Position numbers and translations under genes: made by a program | Shown here: positions 50,063-61,300 of the stretch, piece by piece | How positions within the stretch are numbered: position 1 is the first letter of the stretch | How the letters are laid out: each line of letters starts with the position of its first letter | Notes under the pieces: generated by a model | The model's database searches: none | Seen by the model: only the letters and a program-made list of their open reading frames with translations | Told to the model about the DNA's origin: nothing | DNA from: an uncultured Acidobacteriota bacterium | GTDB taxonomy: Bacteria; Acidobacteriota; Blastocatellia; RBC074 | Direction: 5' to 3' | DNA length: 64,000 bases | Assembly (NCBI GenBank): GCA_963796275.1 | Contig: CAWCKY010000004.1 | Location: 1-64,000, forward strand

Positions 50063-52417
50063 TTAGAATGAATAGGTCTTACTGACATAAGTTGTATCAC
50101 TATAAGGAAACCAGCTAGAAATTAACTCACCAGGCCTTGGGTTGGAGACTAGCTCGTCCAAGGCAGGCAAATCGTAAGAAAGGTCTGTCACCTTTAATTT
50201 GATCGGCAATGACGCTTTGGTAACTAAGACCAAATCCAATCCTGCCTCTGGAAGAGGTAGATATCGTAAGCCCCATTGACCAGCTCCTCCTCCGTTCGCG
50301 GTTTTGCCATTGATTGTGGCGCTTATAACTTCTGCACCATGGTCCAAAAGGATGAAGATTATCGGGGCCTTTCTTGGGGATTTAATATTGAAATGCGAGG
50401 TTTTCACTGTCCCGCTAATGCTCTGACTCACTAAAGATATCTCGGGCACCGCGAGCTCTTTTATTGGAGCTTGAGCGCTTAGAAATGCGGGATAGGTCGA
50501 GGGAATGAAATTATCGAGCGGCCCAAGTTTTACGTGATCAGTTAGGAATCGATTGGTCCAGGCATTTAGTCTATGATCCATAGTTGCCCATATGGCCTTA
50601 CCTGAATCTGCGTTCATGGCATAGAATAGACTGCTCGGTCGCGGATGCTCTCGATCAATACGCGCTGTGAAGATGGCGGCACTAATAAACGCCACGCTCA
50701 AAATCAATGAAATCCATGGCAATAACCAGCGATCCGACATCCTGGTCCGATTCAATGCCTGATCCAAATGCGGAATGAATAACCCCGTAACTAACACCAC
50801 CAATAAAATAATGACCGGAGCCAGTGAGATGCCGAATGCCAATGATATTAGATAAATCATCGGACTCCACAATATGACCCCTGGTAGCGCGCCTGCCAAT
50901 GGAAGAAGCCTATTCTTAAAGAATGCCCCGAATGTATCGCCGATAAACATTCGGCCCCCCAAGGCGACCAAGCTAAACAATAAGGGCCAAACGAACAAAT
51001 AGCTGCCACCCGGTATAAAGATGCTTGTGGCTATCAATGGAAATAACCACCAGAATATTGCCCCCATGGCGAGGTCTAACGTGGATATCTTCTTTTGCCA
51101 GTGGCCATAAAACATGGAGAGAACAGTGAGAACCAAAGCTGCATAACCAATCAAATAATATCCGCTGTTATAAGTATCTCCTTGTGGAAACGCCTTATAG
51201 TCAGGATAGAGCATACCGATTAGCAGCGAAGCAAACGCGACAATAATTGGCGAAATCATCAGCGTCATAAGGAAAATGCCGATTCCTCGCATCAAACCTG
51301 GCCCAGACAGCATCCTTCGCCGAATACCCAGAATCGATAATCCAATATAGAGGGCAGAGACCAGAGCTGCTAAAGGTTTGGCCCAACCGTCAGAGTAATG
51401 GACCAGGCCCCACCCCGGTAGATCGAAATACACCTTGTTGTTATTTGTCGCGGTTTTCGACAGATCCATTGCGCCTAGACGTTTGGAAAGCGCAAGGGCA
51501 TACGCCCCCTGGTGTTGCAAACTGCGTTCGTCAATGTTTTCGAGGCTGTCCAGCATGGTATGGTAATGCGTGTGGCCCGAGATATAGGCGAAATTCAACC
51601 CCGCCCAGCCTGCCCTTTTAAAAACCGAGAAATCTGTGTCGTTTGGTAAAAGCCTATAGATTTCTTGAGAGAGTGAATTAGCAACTGGGTGAGGTGCGGC
51701 CTGCGCCAGTTCATCGATTAGCCAGCCATTTCCATCACTCGTCTCAAACATTATCGCAGGCCCGGAATTGCCGCGTGCCTCAAAGTTTAAAACCACTCCG
51801 ACATTGAAGGCTAACGGATGTTCGGCGACAAAAGCTCTCGCACCAAGCAATCCCGCTTCCTCTCCATCTGTAAACAAAAAGATCACATCATTTTTTAGCG
51901 GCGGACTGTTTCGTAAAGCTCTCAAGGTTTCCAGCATTGCTGCAACCCCGGCTCCATCATCGCTTGCTCCAGGGCTGGACGGAACAGAGTCATAATGGCT
52001 GACCAACACGATCGATTCGCTGTTACCAGTTCCACCTAACATAGCGACGATATTTTCTATCGTAGCAGCCTTAATTAGCCCGCTGCGATCATTACTGGTC
52101 ACCGTGGAATTTTGAATCTGAGGTGATAGCCCAAGACTGGAGAGCTGTTGATATATGTAGTCTCGCACGGCACGATGCTCGGCTGAACCCTGTGGATGAG
52201 GGCGCTTGGCGATCACTCGTAAATGCGCCATTGCCCTTGCCGAGGAAAACTCCCCAATCGGTGCATTGTCTGGCACTGCGTGCGGCGGATCGAGATGTCC
52301 AATTGCTAATCTCCCAATTAGCAAGATCACTGAAATTGATAGGAGAATAGCATAAGAGCTTGTAGCACTCAGTGCGACAACTTGCTCCGACTCTTTCGAT
52401 GTAAATGTATCTGCCAC
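50063..52417 (-). CDS. Polytopic membrane M28 metallopeptidase
   Basis: SHYDS, GASDDGAG, DGEEAGLLGA, YHT, then ~9 hydrophobic helices. Confidence 0.88.
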   Translation of the reverse strand: MADTFTSKESEQVVALSATSSYAILLSISVILLIGRLAIGHLDPPHAVPDNAPIGEFSSARAMAHLRVIAKRPHPQGSAEHRAVRDYIYQQLSSLGLSPQIQNSTVTSNDRSGLIKAATIENIVAMLGGTGNSESIVLVSHYDSVPSSPGASDDGAGVAAMLETLRALRNSPPLKNDVIFLFTDGEEAGLLGARAFVAEHPLAFNVGVVLNFEARGNSGPAIMFETSDGNGWLIDELAQAAPHPVANSLSQEIYRLLPNDTDFSVFKRAGWAGLNFAYISGHTHYHTMLDSLENIDERSLQHQGAYALALSKRLGAMDLSKTATNNNKVYFDLPGWGLVHYSDGWAKPLAALVSALYIGLSILGIRRRMLSGPGLMRGIGIFLMTLMISPIIVAFASLLIGMLYPDYKAFPQGDTYNSGYYLIGYAALVLTVLSMFYGHWQKKISTLDLAMGAIFWWLFPLIATSIFIPGGSYLFVWPLLFSLVALGGRMFIGDTFGAFFKNRLLPLAGALPGVILWSPMIYLISLAFGISLAPVIILLVVLVTGLFIPHLDQALNRTRMSDRWLLPWISLILSVAFISAAIFTARIDREHPRPSSLFYAMNADSGKAIWATMDHRLNAWTNRFLTDHVKLGPLDNFIPSTYPAFLSAQAPIKELAVPEISLVSQSISGTVKTSHFNIKSPRKAPIIFILLDHGAEVISATINGKTANGGGAGQWGLRYLPLPEAGLDLVLVTKASLPIKLKVTDLSYDLPALDELVSNPRPGELISSWFPYSDTTYVSKTYSF

Positions 52418-52596
52418 TGCAACACTCTTACGAAAGTTATCTCTTCAAGCTGAACTCACAGACCTGAGGTATATCACCTGGATTCTTGAATGGCGATTTG
52501 TTGAAGGAACAGGTTTATGTTTGTGTAGTCGCTACATATCGTTTTTGATTTTACGCCACAAATTTGGTATCAGTTCTCAAGGCAGATACGTCAGAT

Positions 52597-53169
52597 TCAT
52601 GTCCCTCTTAAGAGCCTAGATGTGATATCCAATTTGTCGCTAAGCTTGGTTTCATTTCCATTTGGGTCAGGAACTATTGTTACTACGGTGCCTTCATCAA
52701 GCTGAATTGCTACTGACCTCTGCAGTAAAGTTACGGAGATGACCAACCGCTTCTTATTGTCGTTTTGACATATAGCCCCCTGAACACCGGCTAGAGGACC
52801 TGTCTCTACAAGAACTACCGTTCCATCAGGGAGATAGTTCCATGGCTCTCGTAAGAAATGGCTCCGTGCTAAAAGCTGTAAGGCATCGATCTCTTCTACA
52901 GCTATTTCCGCAGGCTTCCCGCCAAACCCAACTATTCTGGTGACTCCCTTAGTTGCAATTACTTTGCCCATGGCCGAAGGACTGAGGTAGCAGAAAACAT
53001 AGGTAGAGAAAAGTGGCAACTCTATCTCTACTGTACGGTCTGACCATTTTCGCTTCTGCCGGTATGTCGGTGTAAAACACTCATAGCCTTTTTGTCCGAG
53101 CAGATAACTTATTTTCTTTTCATTCCTTGGCATAGTCTGTATAGCAAACCATGACTGCACAGTATTCAT
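52597..53169 (-). CDS. Specialized NusG paralog (UpxY/RfaH/LoaP-like antiterminator)
   Basis: WFAIQT..EKK, RKWSDR..PLF..YVF, KOW-like GPLAGVQG, RLVISVTLLQRSVA; first gene of long operon. Confidence 0.88.
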   Translation of the reverse strand: MNTVQSWFAIQTMPRNEKKISYLLGQKGYECFTPTYRQKRKWSDRTVEIELPLFSTYVFCYLSPSAMGKVIATKGVTRIVGFGGKPAEIAVEEIDALQLLARSHFLREPWNYLPDGTVVLVETGPLAGVQGAICQNDNKKRLVISVTLLQRSVAIQLDEGTVVTIVPDPNGNETKLSDKLDITSRLLRGT

Positions 53170-53236
53170 ATCAAGCTATCCCCTGAACTGGCACCACGCA
53201 TTTTTACGTCGAGCTGAATACCAGTGGATTTTATGA

Positions 53237-53248
53237 CAGGCTACTGCC
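53237..53248 (-). promoter_or_regulatory. ops-like antiterminator loading site
   Basis: GGCAGTAGCCTG vs E. coli ops GGCGGTAGCGTG (10/12), ~68 nt before the NusG-paralog ATG. Confidence 0.55.
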
Positions 53249-53349
53249 ATCCTGAGTCACATCGTAGAACTCAGGCAAATAAAAGCGAACACAGATATTG
53301 CCCTTGACTCGTTATTTCCGTGAAGCACTACTTGCCGCAAGTATTTATG

Positions 53350-53364
53350 GCAATCGAGGTGCCA
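53350..53364 (-). promoter_or_regulatory. Sigma54 -24/-12 promoter of NRPS operon
   Basis: Minus strand TGGCAC-CTCGA-TTGC followed by AT-rich tract; bEBP gene adjacent. Confidence 0.82.
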
Positions 53365-53486
53365 AAGCTCACCTCCGCATGGCGAGAGCTCGAGCGAAGA
53401 GCGAAATTGCTTGACCCGGTTGAAGATGATGGTGATGAAGGATGGCGATAGAAGAATATCCCGTGGCATCCGGCCGAGCCGCGCAA

Positions 53487-53595
53487 TATCACCAATGATA
53501 ACGCCTGGCGGAAAATTCAACCGGGCGTAAGGTGCTAAGGTCTTGGTTGTTCAACGGCTTCGGCACGCTGCCGGACTGCTGTATCAATGCTGATA
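53487..53595. promoter_or_regulatory. Two TATCA-N4-TGATA palindromes (putative enhancer)
   Basis: 53487-53500 and 53582-53595, same 95 bp spacing as the 17.4 kb copy. Confidence 0.62.
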
Positions 53596-53650
53596 TAATT
53601 ACTTGAGCGATGATCATCATCTGAGCTTGCTGGAGTGGTAGGTGGCGTGC

Positions 53651-55606
53651 TCACTTATTGAGCGCCGCTTTTGGTTTCAGCTTGCGGACCAGATGCTCGA
53701 CTTCGGCCCTTAGCTCCAGTTCGTTGATCAGACGATGGAGGTTGGGCGGTTTGATGCCGAGCAAGCCAGCAGCCTCGCTCAGGTTGCCCGTAGCCTGGTT
53801 GATAGCTTCACGGATCACACGTTTTTTAGCCTCTTCGGCCGCTTGTCTGGCAACTAGATTGATGTCGAGGCCGGGCGCGCCTGTGAGTGGAGCCAGGGCA
53901 CGAATCTCTTCGGGCAGATCTGCCGGCGCGATGAATTCAGTCGTCTCTGTTGATCCTGCATCGTGGTGTAGCACCGCATAGTAGATGGCGCTCTCTAACT
54001 CGCGCACATTGCCCGGCCAATGGTAGTTTTTCAAACAGGCTAAGGTTTCGGGGGCAATCAGCGTCACGGGCGGGTGGCGTTTCGCGCCATACTTCCTGGC
54101 GAAGTGCCGGGCAAGCAGTTCAATATCCTCACGATGATCCCGCAGCGGGGGCAAAGGGATAGGAAAGACCTTGAGCCTGTAATAAAGGTCTTCGCGGAAG
54201 GTACCAGCCTTGACGGCGGCCTCGAGATCACGATTGGTCGCGATGAGCATCCTGACGTCCACCCGGATCGAGCGCGTGCCGCCAAGTCGCTCGAATTCAG
54301 GTTTGACCTCAGAGTCCACAGGCAGCACCCGAAGCAGCTTGGCCTGCAGCGACAAGGGCATCTCGCCGATCTCATCGAGGAAGACAGTGCCGCCGTTCGC
54401 CGCTTCCAGCTTCCCTTTCTTTACTTGTATGGCCGCCCCGGTAAAGGCGCCCGGTTCGTGGCCGAAGAGTTCGTTCTCCAGCAAGGTCTCCGGGATCGCC
54501 GCGCAGTTGATCGCCATAAACGGCTGACCGGCGCGCCGGCTGCGGTCATGGACGGCGCGGGCCACCAACTCCTTACCCGTGCCACTCTCGCCAAGGATCA
54601 AGACGGTGGCGTCAGAAGAGGCCGCCCTGGCAATCTTCTCATGCACCTCAGTAATCTTCTGACTCTCACCGATGATACGGTGCTGGGACTGCAGTTCGGC
54701 GCCGAGCCGCCGGGTCTCCTGCTCTAGCCACTCAGCGCGCCAGGCTTTTTCTAACGCATTGGCGGACAGGTCGGCGATGGCCGTCACCAGGTCTATCTGA
54801 TGATCGTCGAAGCGACCGTGTTGATCATCGACGGTCAGATAAATGACGCCAAGCACCTGTCCATCAGTGATCAGCGGGACGACGAGCAACGACTGCGGCG
54901 GATCGCCATCGGTGAAGAGCATCGAACGACGTTCATACCGCGCCCGTTGAACGGGAAGGCGTTGAACTTGAATAGTGGAGTCCATCGCCGGCGGCCGAGC
55001 CTTGACCGCTTCTTCGGTCAACTCTTCAGCTTCGTCTACGAAACGGAGAAGAACTCCTCGGTCGGCGGGAACGATCTCAAAGATAGAGTCGAGCAATTGC
55101 CGCGCGAGCGCACGGGGCTTGCGGATGGCATTGATCGCCCGGCTGATCTTCAGCAACTCGTTCAGATCGCGGGCAAGTGAAGCAGCCGGCGGCAACGCGG
55201 CTGCTACTTTCGCCGGATCCAGGTAGAGCACGTCTTCCAGGCGGCGCAGGATGGTTGCGCCGATGGCAGTCGTGTCGTCACTGAACTGCACGAAGCCCGC
55301 AGGTTGTGGAACTTCGCCCTCGCCGAGCAAAAAGATGAAGACGGAATCAGCAACGGTGAGTAGATCGAAATGCGCTAACGTACGCTTCTTCACCGGCTCG
55401 TTATTGATAAACGTGCCGTTGGTGCTCAAGTCTTCGATCTCGAATTGATTCCCGACTCTGCGGATCACACAATGCTGCCGTGACACCAGATCACCGCCGA
55501 GGCATAGTTGATTGGACGGCGCGCGCCCGACAAAACATTCGTTACTATCGAGAATCACGGCCCTGCCCTTCAACAAACCGGCCACCTCTATCAGCTTAGG
55601 AGACAT
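53651..55606 (-). CDS. FHA-GAF-AAA+-HTH sigma54 enhancer-binding protein
   Basis: FHA VGR..VSRQH..STNGTF; [31 protein letters not shown]; ATG at 55606 after GGAGG. Confidence 0.93.
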   Translation of the reverse strand: MSPKLIEVAGLLKGRAVILDSNECFVGRAPSNQLCLGGDLVSRQHCVIRRVGNQFEIEDLSTNGTFINNEPVKKRTLAHFDLLTVADSVFIFLLGEGEVPQPAGFVQFSDDTTAIGATILRRLEDVLYLDPAKVAAALPPAASLARDLNELLKISRAINAIRKPRALARQLLDSIFEIVPADRGVLLRFVDEAEELTEEAVKARPPAMDSTIQVQRLPVQRARYERRSMLFTDGDPPQSLLVVPLITDGQVLGVIYLTVDDQHGRFDDHQIDLVTAIADLSANALEKAWRAEWLEQETRRLGAELQSQHRIIGESQKITEVHEKIARAASSDATVLILGESGTGKELVARAVHDRSRRAGQPFMAINCAAIPETLLENELFGHEPGAFTGAAIQVKKGKLEAANGGTVFLDEIGEMPLSLQAKLLRVLPVDSEVKPEFERLGGTRSIRVDVRMLIATNRDLEAAVKAGTFREDLYYRLKVFPIPLPPLRDHREDIELLARHFARKYGAKRHPPVTLIAPETLACLKNYHWPGNVRELESAIYYAVLHHDAGSTETTEFIAPADLPEEIRALAPLTGAPGLDINLVARQAAEEAKKRVIREAINQATGNLSEAAGLLGIKPPNLHRLINELELRAEVEHLVRKLKPKAALNK

Positions 55607-55750
55607 CTTTTCCTCCAAAAACAAAACTGGTCTCTGACTGTGAAATTCCGTAAGCCCTGTGGGCCCTGGCACGATCGAGCCTGTCGATTGGCACATAGCG
55701 CATGACGGGCTGCGCTGAAAAACCGGGCTCGTCTGAATTCGATTTCCAAT

Positions 55751-56554
55751 CTACTTATGAATTAAATCAACGTTCATCATGAGGATCCCGGCCCAGAGGG
55801 AGACGTTCATCTTGACTTTGGCCGGACTGGGTGCTCCCGGTGGCAGCCCCACGTCACGCCGGATATGATCGCGCTCGGTCGGAGTTTGGGCCTGACCAAA
55901 TTTTCGGCTCTGACTCTCGCGAGCGGCGGTGTCCGCCCAAGCCAAAAGCTGTTTCCATTGCGCGGCGGATGGACGCCATGGACAGGCCTCCTGGTTATCA
56001 CGACAAAATGCGGTCAGCTGCTCCCCGGTCAGGATATCCGGCAACCGCTCGCGCGTAACAAATAGATAGAAACGTTCGATCGCCACGGCCTGGTTGAAGT
56101 GAAACCAACGAAACTCCGGATCCTCCTCGCGGCTCGAAGGAACTTCTCTGGGCACATGCGCCTTAACGAAATTATGGCCGCCCTGCAAGCGGGCGTCTGG
56201 GAAGAGCATCTTCGCCGGGCCGTCATTCTCGACATGAAAGACATAGAGATAACCGGTGATATTCGACTCGATCATAAAACGCACGGCGTCTCCCTCACGA
56301 AACGCGCGCCTGGCATTGACGCGCACTGCCGCTTCGCGCGGCCCTCGCTTTAAGAGCGTAAATCCGAGACCAATGGGCCCTGCGGGTCGAGATTGAGCTT
56401 GAGTCTTGGACTTTGAGAGATGGGTCACCACCTTGTCTCGCGTGCTCACGAAGTTGCGTACAACCTCGTCATCGTTCTCTCTTTGCGCCAGCGCTGCCGG
56501 CGCCAAACAGGTCAGAAGTATGATGGCCGCAACGCCGAAATAGCTTGATTTCAT
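55751..56554 (-). CDS. Exported DUF4384-like protein
   Basis: Signal peptide; FREGDAVRF..GYLYVF..LFP; start overlaps kinase stop. Confidence 0.75.
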   Translation of the reverse strand: MKSSYFGVAAIILLTCLAPAALAQRENDDEVVRNFVSTRDKVVTHLSKSKTQAQSRPAGPIGLGFTLLKRGPREAAVRVNARRAFREGDAVRFMIESNITGYLYVFHVENDGPAKMLFPDARLQGGHNFVKAHVPREVPSSREEDPEFRWFHFNQAVAIERFYLFVTRERLPDILTGEQLTAFCRDNQEACPWRPSAAQWKQLLAWADTAARESQSRKFGQAQTPTERDHIRRDVGLPPGAPSPAKVKMNVSLWAGILMMNVDLIHK

Positions 56555-58338
56555 CTTTGATCTCTTCTTTCTCTACCCCCAAGACCGAGATTGACCTCAA
56601 ATAGAAACGGCGCGCCGCTCGCGCGTTCCCCCGAGATGGCGACGATAGATTGAGAGCCTTGCGTATCAATGCGCACGTGCTGTCCAAACCTTCTCCGTAA
56701 CTCGGCCAATTCGGCCTCCTCCTCCGCTGTCAAGGCATGATCAGCGGCCTCGGCCAGAAAACGTGGCTGGGCTAATGGCTCGGGCGTGAAGATGATGGTA
56801 TAGGTTCGGAAGCTTGCGCCACGTGCGACTTCGATCCACTTATCCACTCGTGACGGGAAGCCATAGTCTGTTCCGGCAGCGAGCAGGTTGCCCTTCACTC
56901 CCCATGCTGAATTCGGTTGTGCGGTCAAAAACGTGGTGCGCGCCGCTCGCTCGCCCGGCGCGACGATATAGAGATAGCCGCGCCAACTCGGCACAAAATG
57001 AAACTTCAGCCATCGGCCTCTGACAACCGGATTGGCGCCCGCGACGCGCTCCGCTCTACCAGTCTCCGGCTCCACCTCCAAGTAGTATCGCATGGCCTCA
57101 ACTAATGGCCCGGATCCCGGCGTCGAACTGTCGGGGCGCGTGATGATGGTCTCTCCAGCCGGCGGATTAGCCACGCTCGAACCTGGCAGACGACTTAAGC
57201 GCCAATACGCCAGTGCGGCAATCACCGGAAGCAAAAGACACAAAGCAATACACGCTGTCCGGGCGCCGCCCAAACGAGACCAGGCGGCAACGGCAACCTG
57301 CTCATCAACGCCGGGCGCTGCGGATGGCAGAGCAATCCGCCCGGCATTAGTGGCTTCCAAGCCCGATGATTTCGTTGCATCGCGAGCGGCGGTCGCTGGC
57401 TCTTCGCGCAGGGAAACGCTCTCCATCCACGAACCGTCAATAGATGTTGCGGTGTCGTGATAATCCGGAGCGTGCGGCTGGGCTGCCGCGCGCAATGCCC
57501 GGCGCATTTCGGTCGCGGTCGCCGGACGCTCATCGGGAAGATGAGCCAGGGCGCGCATCAGCACAACGGCGACGGCTTCAGGTACTTGCCCATTCAGTTC
57601 ATTGGCTGGTCGCAATGGATCTGGCCGCCGCTCTAGCGCTGCCGTTGTGCGCGTCAGCGCATCCGCTGGGAGACGCCCCGTGATCAATCGATAGACGGTC
57701 GCGGCCAGCGAATAAAGATCACTACGCGGATCGGTTCCAGTGCCACGAATCTGCTCCAGCGGCGCATAATTGCGCGTATAACCAGGCAGGCTCTCGTCGA
57801 TCTCCTCGTCCATCTGGGACACCTCGGTCGCCGTCCCTTTAGCCAGCCCGAAGTCGAGCAAAATGACATCTCCTTGCTCGGTCAATTTTAAGTTCTGCGG
57901 CTTGATATCTCGATGGACAACCGGCGGCTGATGACCGTGCAAGTATTCGAGCGCATCGAGCAGTTGATCAGCCCAGCGCAGAACCTGGTTCACGGCGAAG
58001 GCTTCACCGGTCTCCTGTATCTTTTCAGCCAGCAGTTCTTCCAGGTCTTTTCCCAGAAACAACTGCATGACAAGATACTGCGCTTCCCCTTCTGTGAAAT
58101 GATCCGTAACGTGCGGAAATACACGGTGGCGGAGCCGATGCAGCAACCTTGCTTCGCGTGTAAAAGCCTGGCGGAACTTCGCCTGAGTGAAGTAAGCCTC
58201 TTTCACCGCAACCCGGCTGCGAAACAGCCGGTCCTCGGCAAGATAAACGCTCCCCATCCCGCCCTGTTTGAGCAGAGACAAGATGCGATAGCGATTCTGC
58301 AGCACAGTGTCAGCTGCTAGTTTGCCAGATCCCATCAT
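56551..58338 (-). CDS. Membrane Hanks-type Ser/Thr kinase with extracytoplasmic domain
   Basis: GGMGSVY, VAVKE, HRDIKPQN, DFGLAK, YAPLEQ, one TM helix. Confidence 0.93.
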   Translation of the reverse strand: MMGSGKLAADTVLQNRYRILSLLKQGGMGSVYLAEDRLFRSRVAVKEAYFTQAKFRQAFTREARLLHRLRHRVFPHVTDHFTEGEAQYLVMQLFLGKDLEELLAEKIQETGEAFAVNQVLRWADQLLDALEYLHGHQPPVVHRDIKPQNLKLTEQGDVILLDFGLAKGTATEVSQMDEEIDESLPGYTRNYAPLEQIRGTGTDPRSDLYSLAATVYRLITGRLPADALTRTTAALERRPDPLRPANELNGQVPEAVAVVLMRALAHLPDERPATATEMRRALRAAAQPHAPDYHDTATSIDGSWMESVSLREEPATAARDATKSSGLEATNAGRIALPSAAPGVDEQVAVAAWSRLGGARTACIALCLLLPVIAALAYWRLSRLPGSSVANPPAGETIITRPDSSTPGSGPLVEAMRYYLEVEPETGRAERVAGANPVVRGRWLKFHFVPSWRGYLYIVAPGERAARTTFLTAQPNSAWGVKGNLLAAGTDYGFPSRVDKWIEVARGASFRTYTIIFTPEPLAQPRFLAEAADHALTAEEEAELAELRRRFGQHVRIDTQGSQSIVAISGERASGAPFLFEVNLGLGGRERRDQR

Positions 58339-58381
58339 TATGCTGGCGCGCGTGGCCAGATCGCCACGCCGTCCTCAGTCC

Positions 58382-61300
58382 TTATCGTTTGCCTTCCAGG
58401 TTCGCCCACTCCCCCGCCTGGATAAAGCTCGCCCAGTAAAATGGATGCTGGCGAGCTTTGCGTTTCAGCATCTCGAGTTGCACGCGCCGCAGCCCATCGC
58501 TTCGCCCCTCGCCGTGTTGCAATGCCTTGTAGTACTCGATCATCAATTCCCGCGTACCCAGATCAGAGACCGACCACAGACTCATCACCTGCGTCTCCGA
58601 TCCGGCCAGCGCCAGCGCACGCCGTAGTCCAAAGACCCCTTCGCCATTCTTCACCTCGCCCACGCCCGTGTCGCAAGCCGAGAGCACGACCAACTTCGTC
58701 CCCCATAAATCCAGCCCCGCAGTTTCTAGCGCCATCAGGACGCCATCGTCTCCGTGATCGGCGCTGCCCCGGCGTCGATTGACACCAGCTAGCGCCAGTC
58801 CTGAACGCAGCAGTGGGTTCTCAACCGGCTGATCAGAGGACGACACAGACCGGACCGTCACCGCGCCCATATCGCGCGCGCCAACCAGCTCAAGCTTTTG
58901 ATCCCGGAGGAAAAATCCATGCGTCGCCACGTGGAGAATGCTCGGACCGTGGAGTTCCTTGAGCGCCGCCTCGGTAGCCTGCTCTCTCGTCAACACTGTT
59001 GCCTGGGGCAGAATCGCTTTGAGCGTCTGCGCCTCGCCCGCCGTCCCGACCAATGGCGGGAAAAAGACGCCAGACAGGTTGAGTGCGCCGGCGGATTGCG
59101 GAGACCCGGGCGGTAGCCCGATATCTCGGCCACTTGACGCGGCCGCTCTCTCACCGTAAGCGGGATTGGCCACAATCACTACCCTCTGCTCGCCCGGCCG
59201 GTCAACAGACGTCCGCAGCAGTTCACGACCGCTCGTCAGATAGCTGATCGAATAGCGTTCGACCAGGTAGTGACCTTGCCGGTCAACGAGGGCGGCGAAT
59301 GGAACAAGATTGAGCAAACCGTCAGGCGCGATCAGCAGACGCCGGATATCCCCCAACCCTGACTGCGCTAATCCCAACACGGGCCGCATCACCTGCTCAT
59401 CCACCACGCGCGCCAGTCGCTTGACGTCCCTCCGGCGCGGATTGCGCAGCGCCCGGCGCCAGGCAGTCATCGCCCGATCAATCGGCGCGGCCTCGCCCAG
59501 GTCGATCCACCTCGCCTCGCCTCGCGCAGCCAGCCAATAGGCGAGGTAGCGCGGCGGCATCTTGTTCTTATTGTTCCGCAGGTCCCTCGGCGTGTAGACG
59601 GCAAATTCGACCAGGGCGCTGTCAGAGGGGAGAGCTTCCTGGACGGCAGCCAGCGTGACCGGTTGAACTTGCGTGCGAAACTCCGGGCGGCGGGCACTCA
59701 AGGCCGATTCCAATTCCTCAACTTTGTCTTCGCGCAGTTTGAGTCGCGCCCGGTAGGTCTCAGGCTTATCCGTTCCCAACTCTCCGAGGGTGAGCGCAGC
59801 CAACTGTGAGCGCGCCTCGGCGAGTTGATCAAAGAGCGTCTGGTCTTCAGGTGCCGCGCGACGTCGCGCTGCGGCGATCGTGTCGGCCATCACATCGAGT
59901 CCACGCCCTTTCCGGCGGAGCAGAGTCGTGAAAGCCAGTTCGAGCGCCTGAGGATATTGCGGGAGGGCTTGACTATGAAGCGAGAGAGTGAAATTGGTTT
60001 GTTCCGAGAAGAGGGCGAGGTAAGCGAGTATCTGGCGTTCAGAGCCGGTGGCGAGATTGAGCGTGAGGTTGCGTTCACCGAGGGAGTTGGCGCGAGACAG
60101 AACTTTGACGGCTTGAGCGAAATCGCCTTTTGCCGTATAAAGCGCGGCCAGATTGTCAAGAAACCCCACGACATCGGGATGTTCTGGCCCCATCGCATTC
60201 TCCAGGATGGCCAGCGCCCGTTGGAACAACGCCTCAGCTTTCGCATACTCACCCTTCTCTCGATAGAGAACTGCAAGTCTATCCATAGAATGAGCGACAT
60301 CGGGGTGCTCAGGCCCTAGCGCTTTCATCTGTATGGACATCGCTCGTTGAAATAGTGTCTCCGCCTTCACATAGTCCCCCCGGTCGCGATAGAGGATGGC
60401 AAGGTTGCTGAGGGGATTCGCAACCCTTGGATCGTCTGGCCCCAAGGCTTTCTCCCGAATGTCTACTGTCCGTCGAAGTAGTCGCTCTGCCTGCTCAAAG
60501 TCGCCGCTGTCGAAGTAGAATTGCGCCATATTGTTGAGGGTAGAGGCAATATCGAGGTGATCCGGCCCCAGCGTTTTCTCACTGATCGCCAGTGCGCGCT
60601 GATAGAGTTCTTCAGCCTTCACGTAGTCTCCCTTGCTGCTGTAGAGATAGGCGATGCTGTGGAGAATTAGAGCGACCCTGGGGTGTTCTGGTCCCAGAGC
60701 CTTCTCCGAAATGGCCAGCGCGCGTAGGCCCAGCTGTTCCGCTTTCGTGTAGGCGCCTCTCCCGCGGTACAAGAGGGTGAGGTTCATGAGAGATTGCGCG
60801 ACATCGGGATGACCCGGACCTAGGACCTTCTCCCGAATGGCGAGCGCTCGTTGATAGAGAGACTCGGCCTCCGCATATTCGCCCATACGGGCATAGACAT
60901 TGGCAAGATTGTTGAGAGAGTTCGCGACATTGGAATGTTGCGGCCCCAGCGCTTTCTCAAGGATGGCCAGCGGGCGTTGAAACAGTTGTTTTGCTTTTAG
61001 GTATTCACCTCTATGGAGAGAGATGACCGCAAGGTTGTTGAGAGTTTTAGCGACATCGGGATGTTCCGGCCCCAAGACCTTCTCCCGGATGGCGAGCGCT
61101 CGCTCGTAGAGTGGCTCGGCCTTCGCATATTCGCCCTTATTCCAGTAGAGGTTGCCGAGGACGTTGAGAACCTCAGCCGCATCGCGATGTTCCAGCCCTA
61201 ATAGCCTCTCACGAATCCCCCGCGAACGTTCAATTAACGGAAGCGCTTCTCCATGCCTGCCTGCGCCTATCAGTTTGAGCCCCTCTTGAAGCAGCTTGCG

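Larger units (their letters stand above)
53183..53627 (-). repeat. Promoter/leader cassette of NRPS operon
   Basis: Colinear match to 17103-17540. Confidence 0.92.

Noticed and set aside
17624-53169. Siderophore cluster
   Set aside because: No Asp/His/Orn-type code read, no intact TonB receptor or uptake genes, no obvious Fur box; not excluded but unsupported
60100-61300. 126 bp periodic repeats as CRISPR or DNA repeat array
   Set aside because: They encode 42-aa TPR units; no cas genes or spacer pattern
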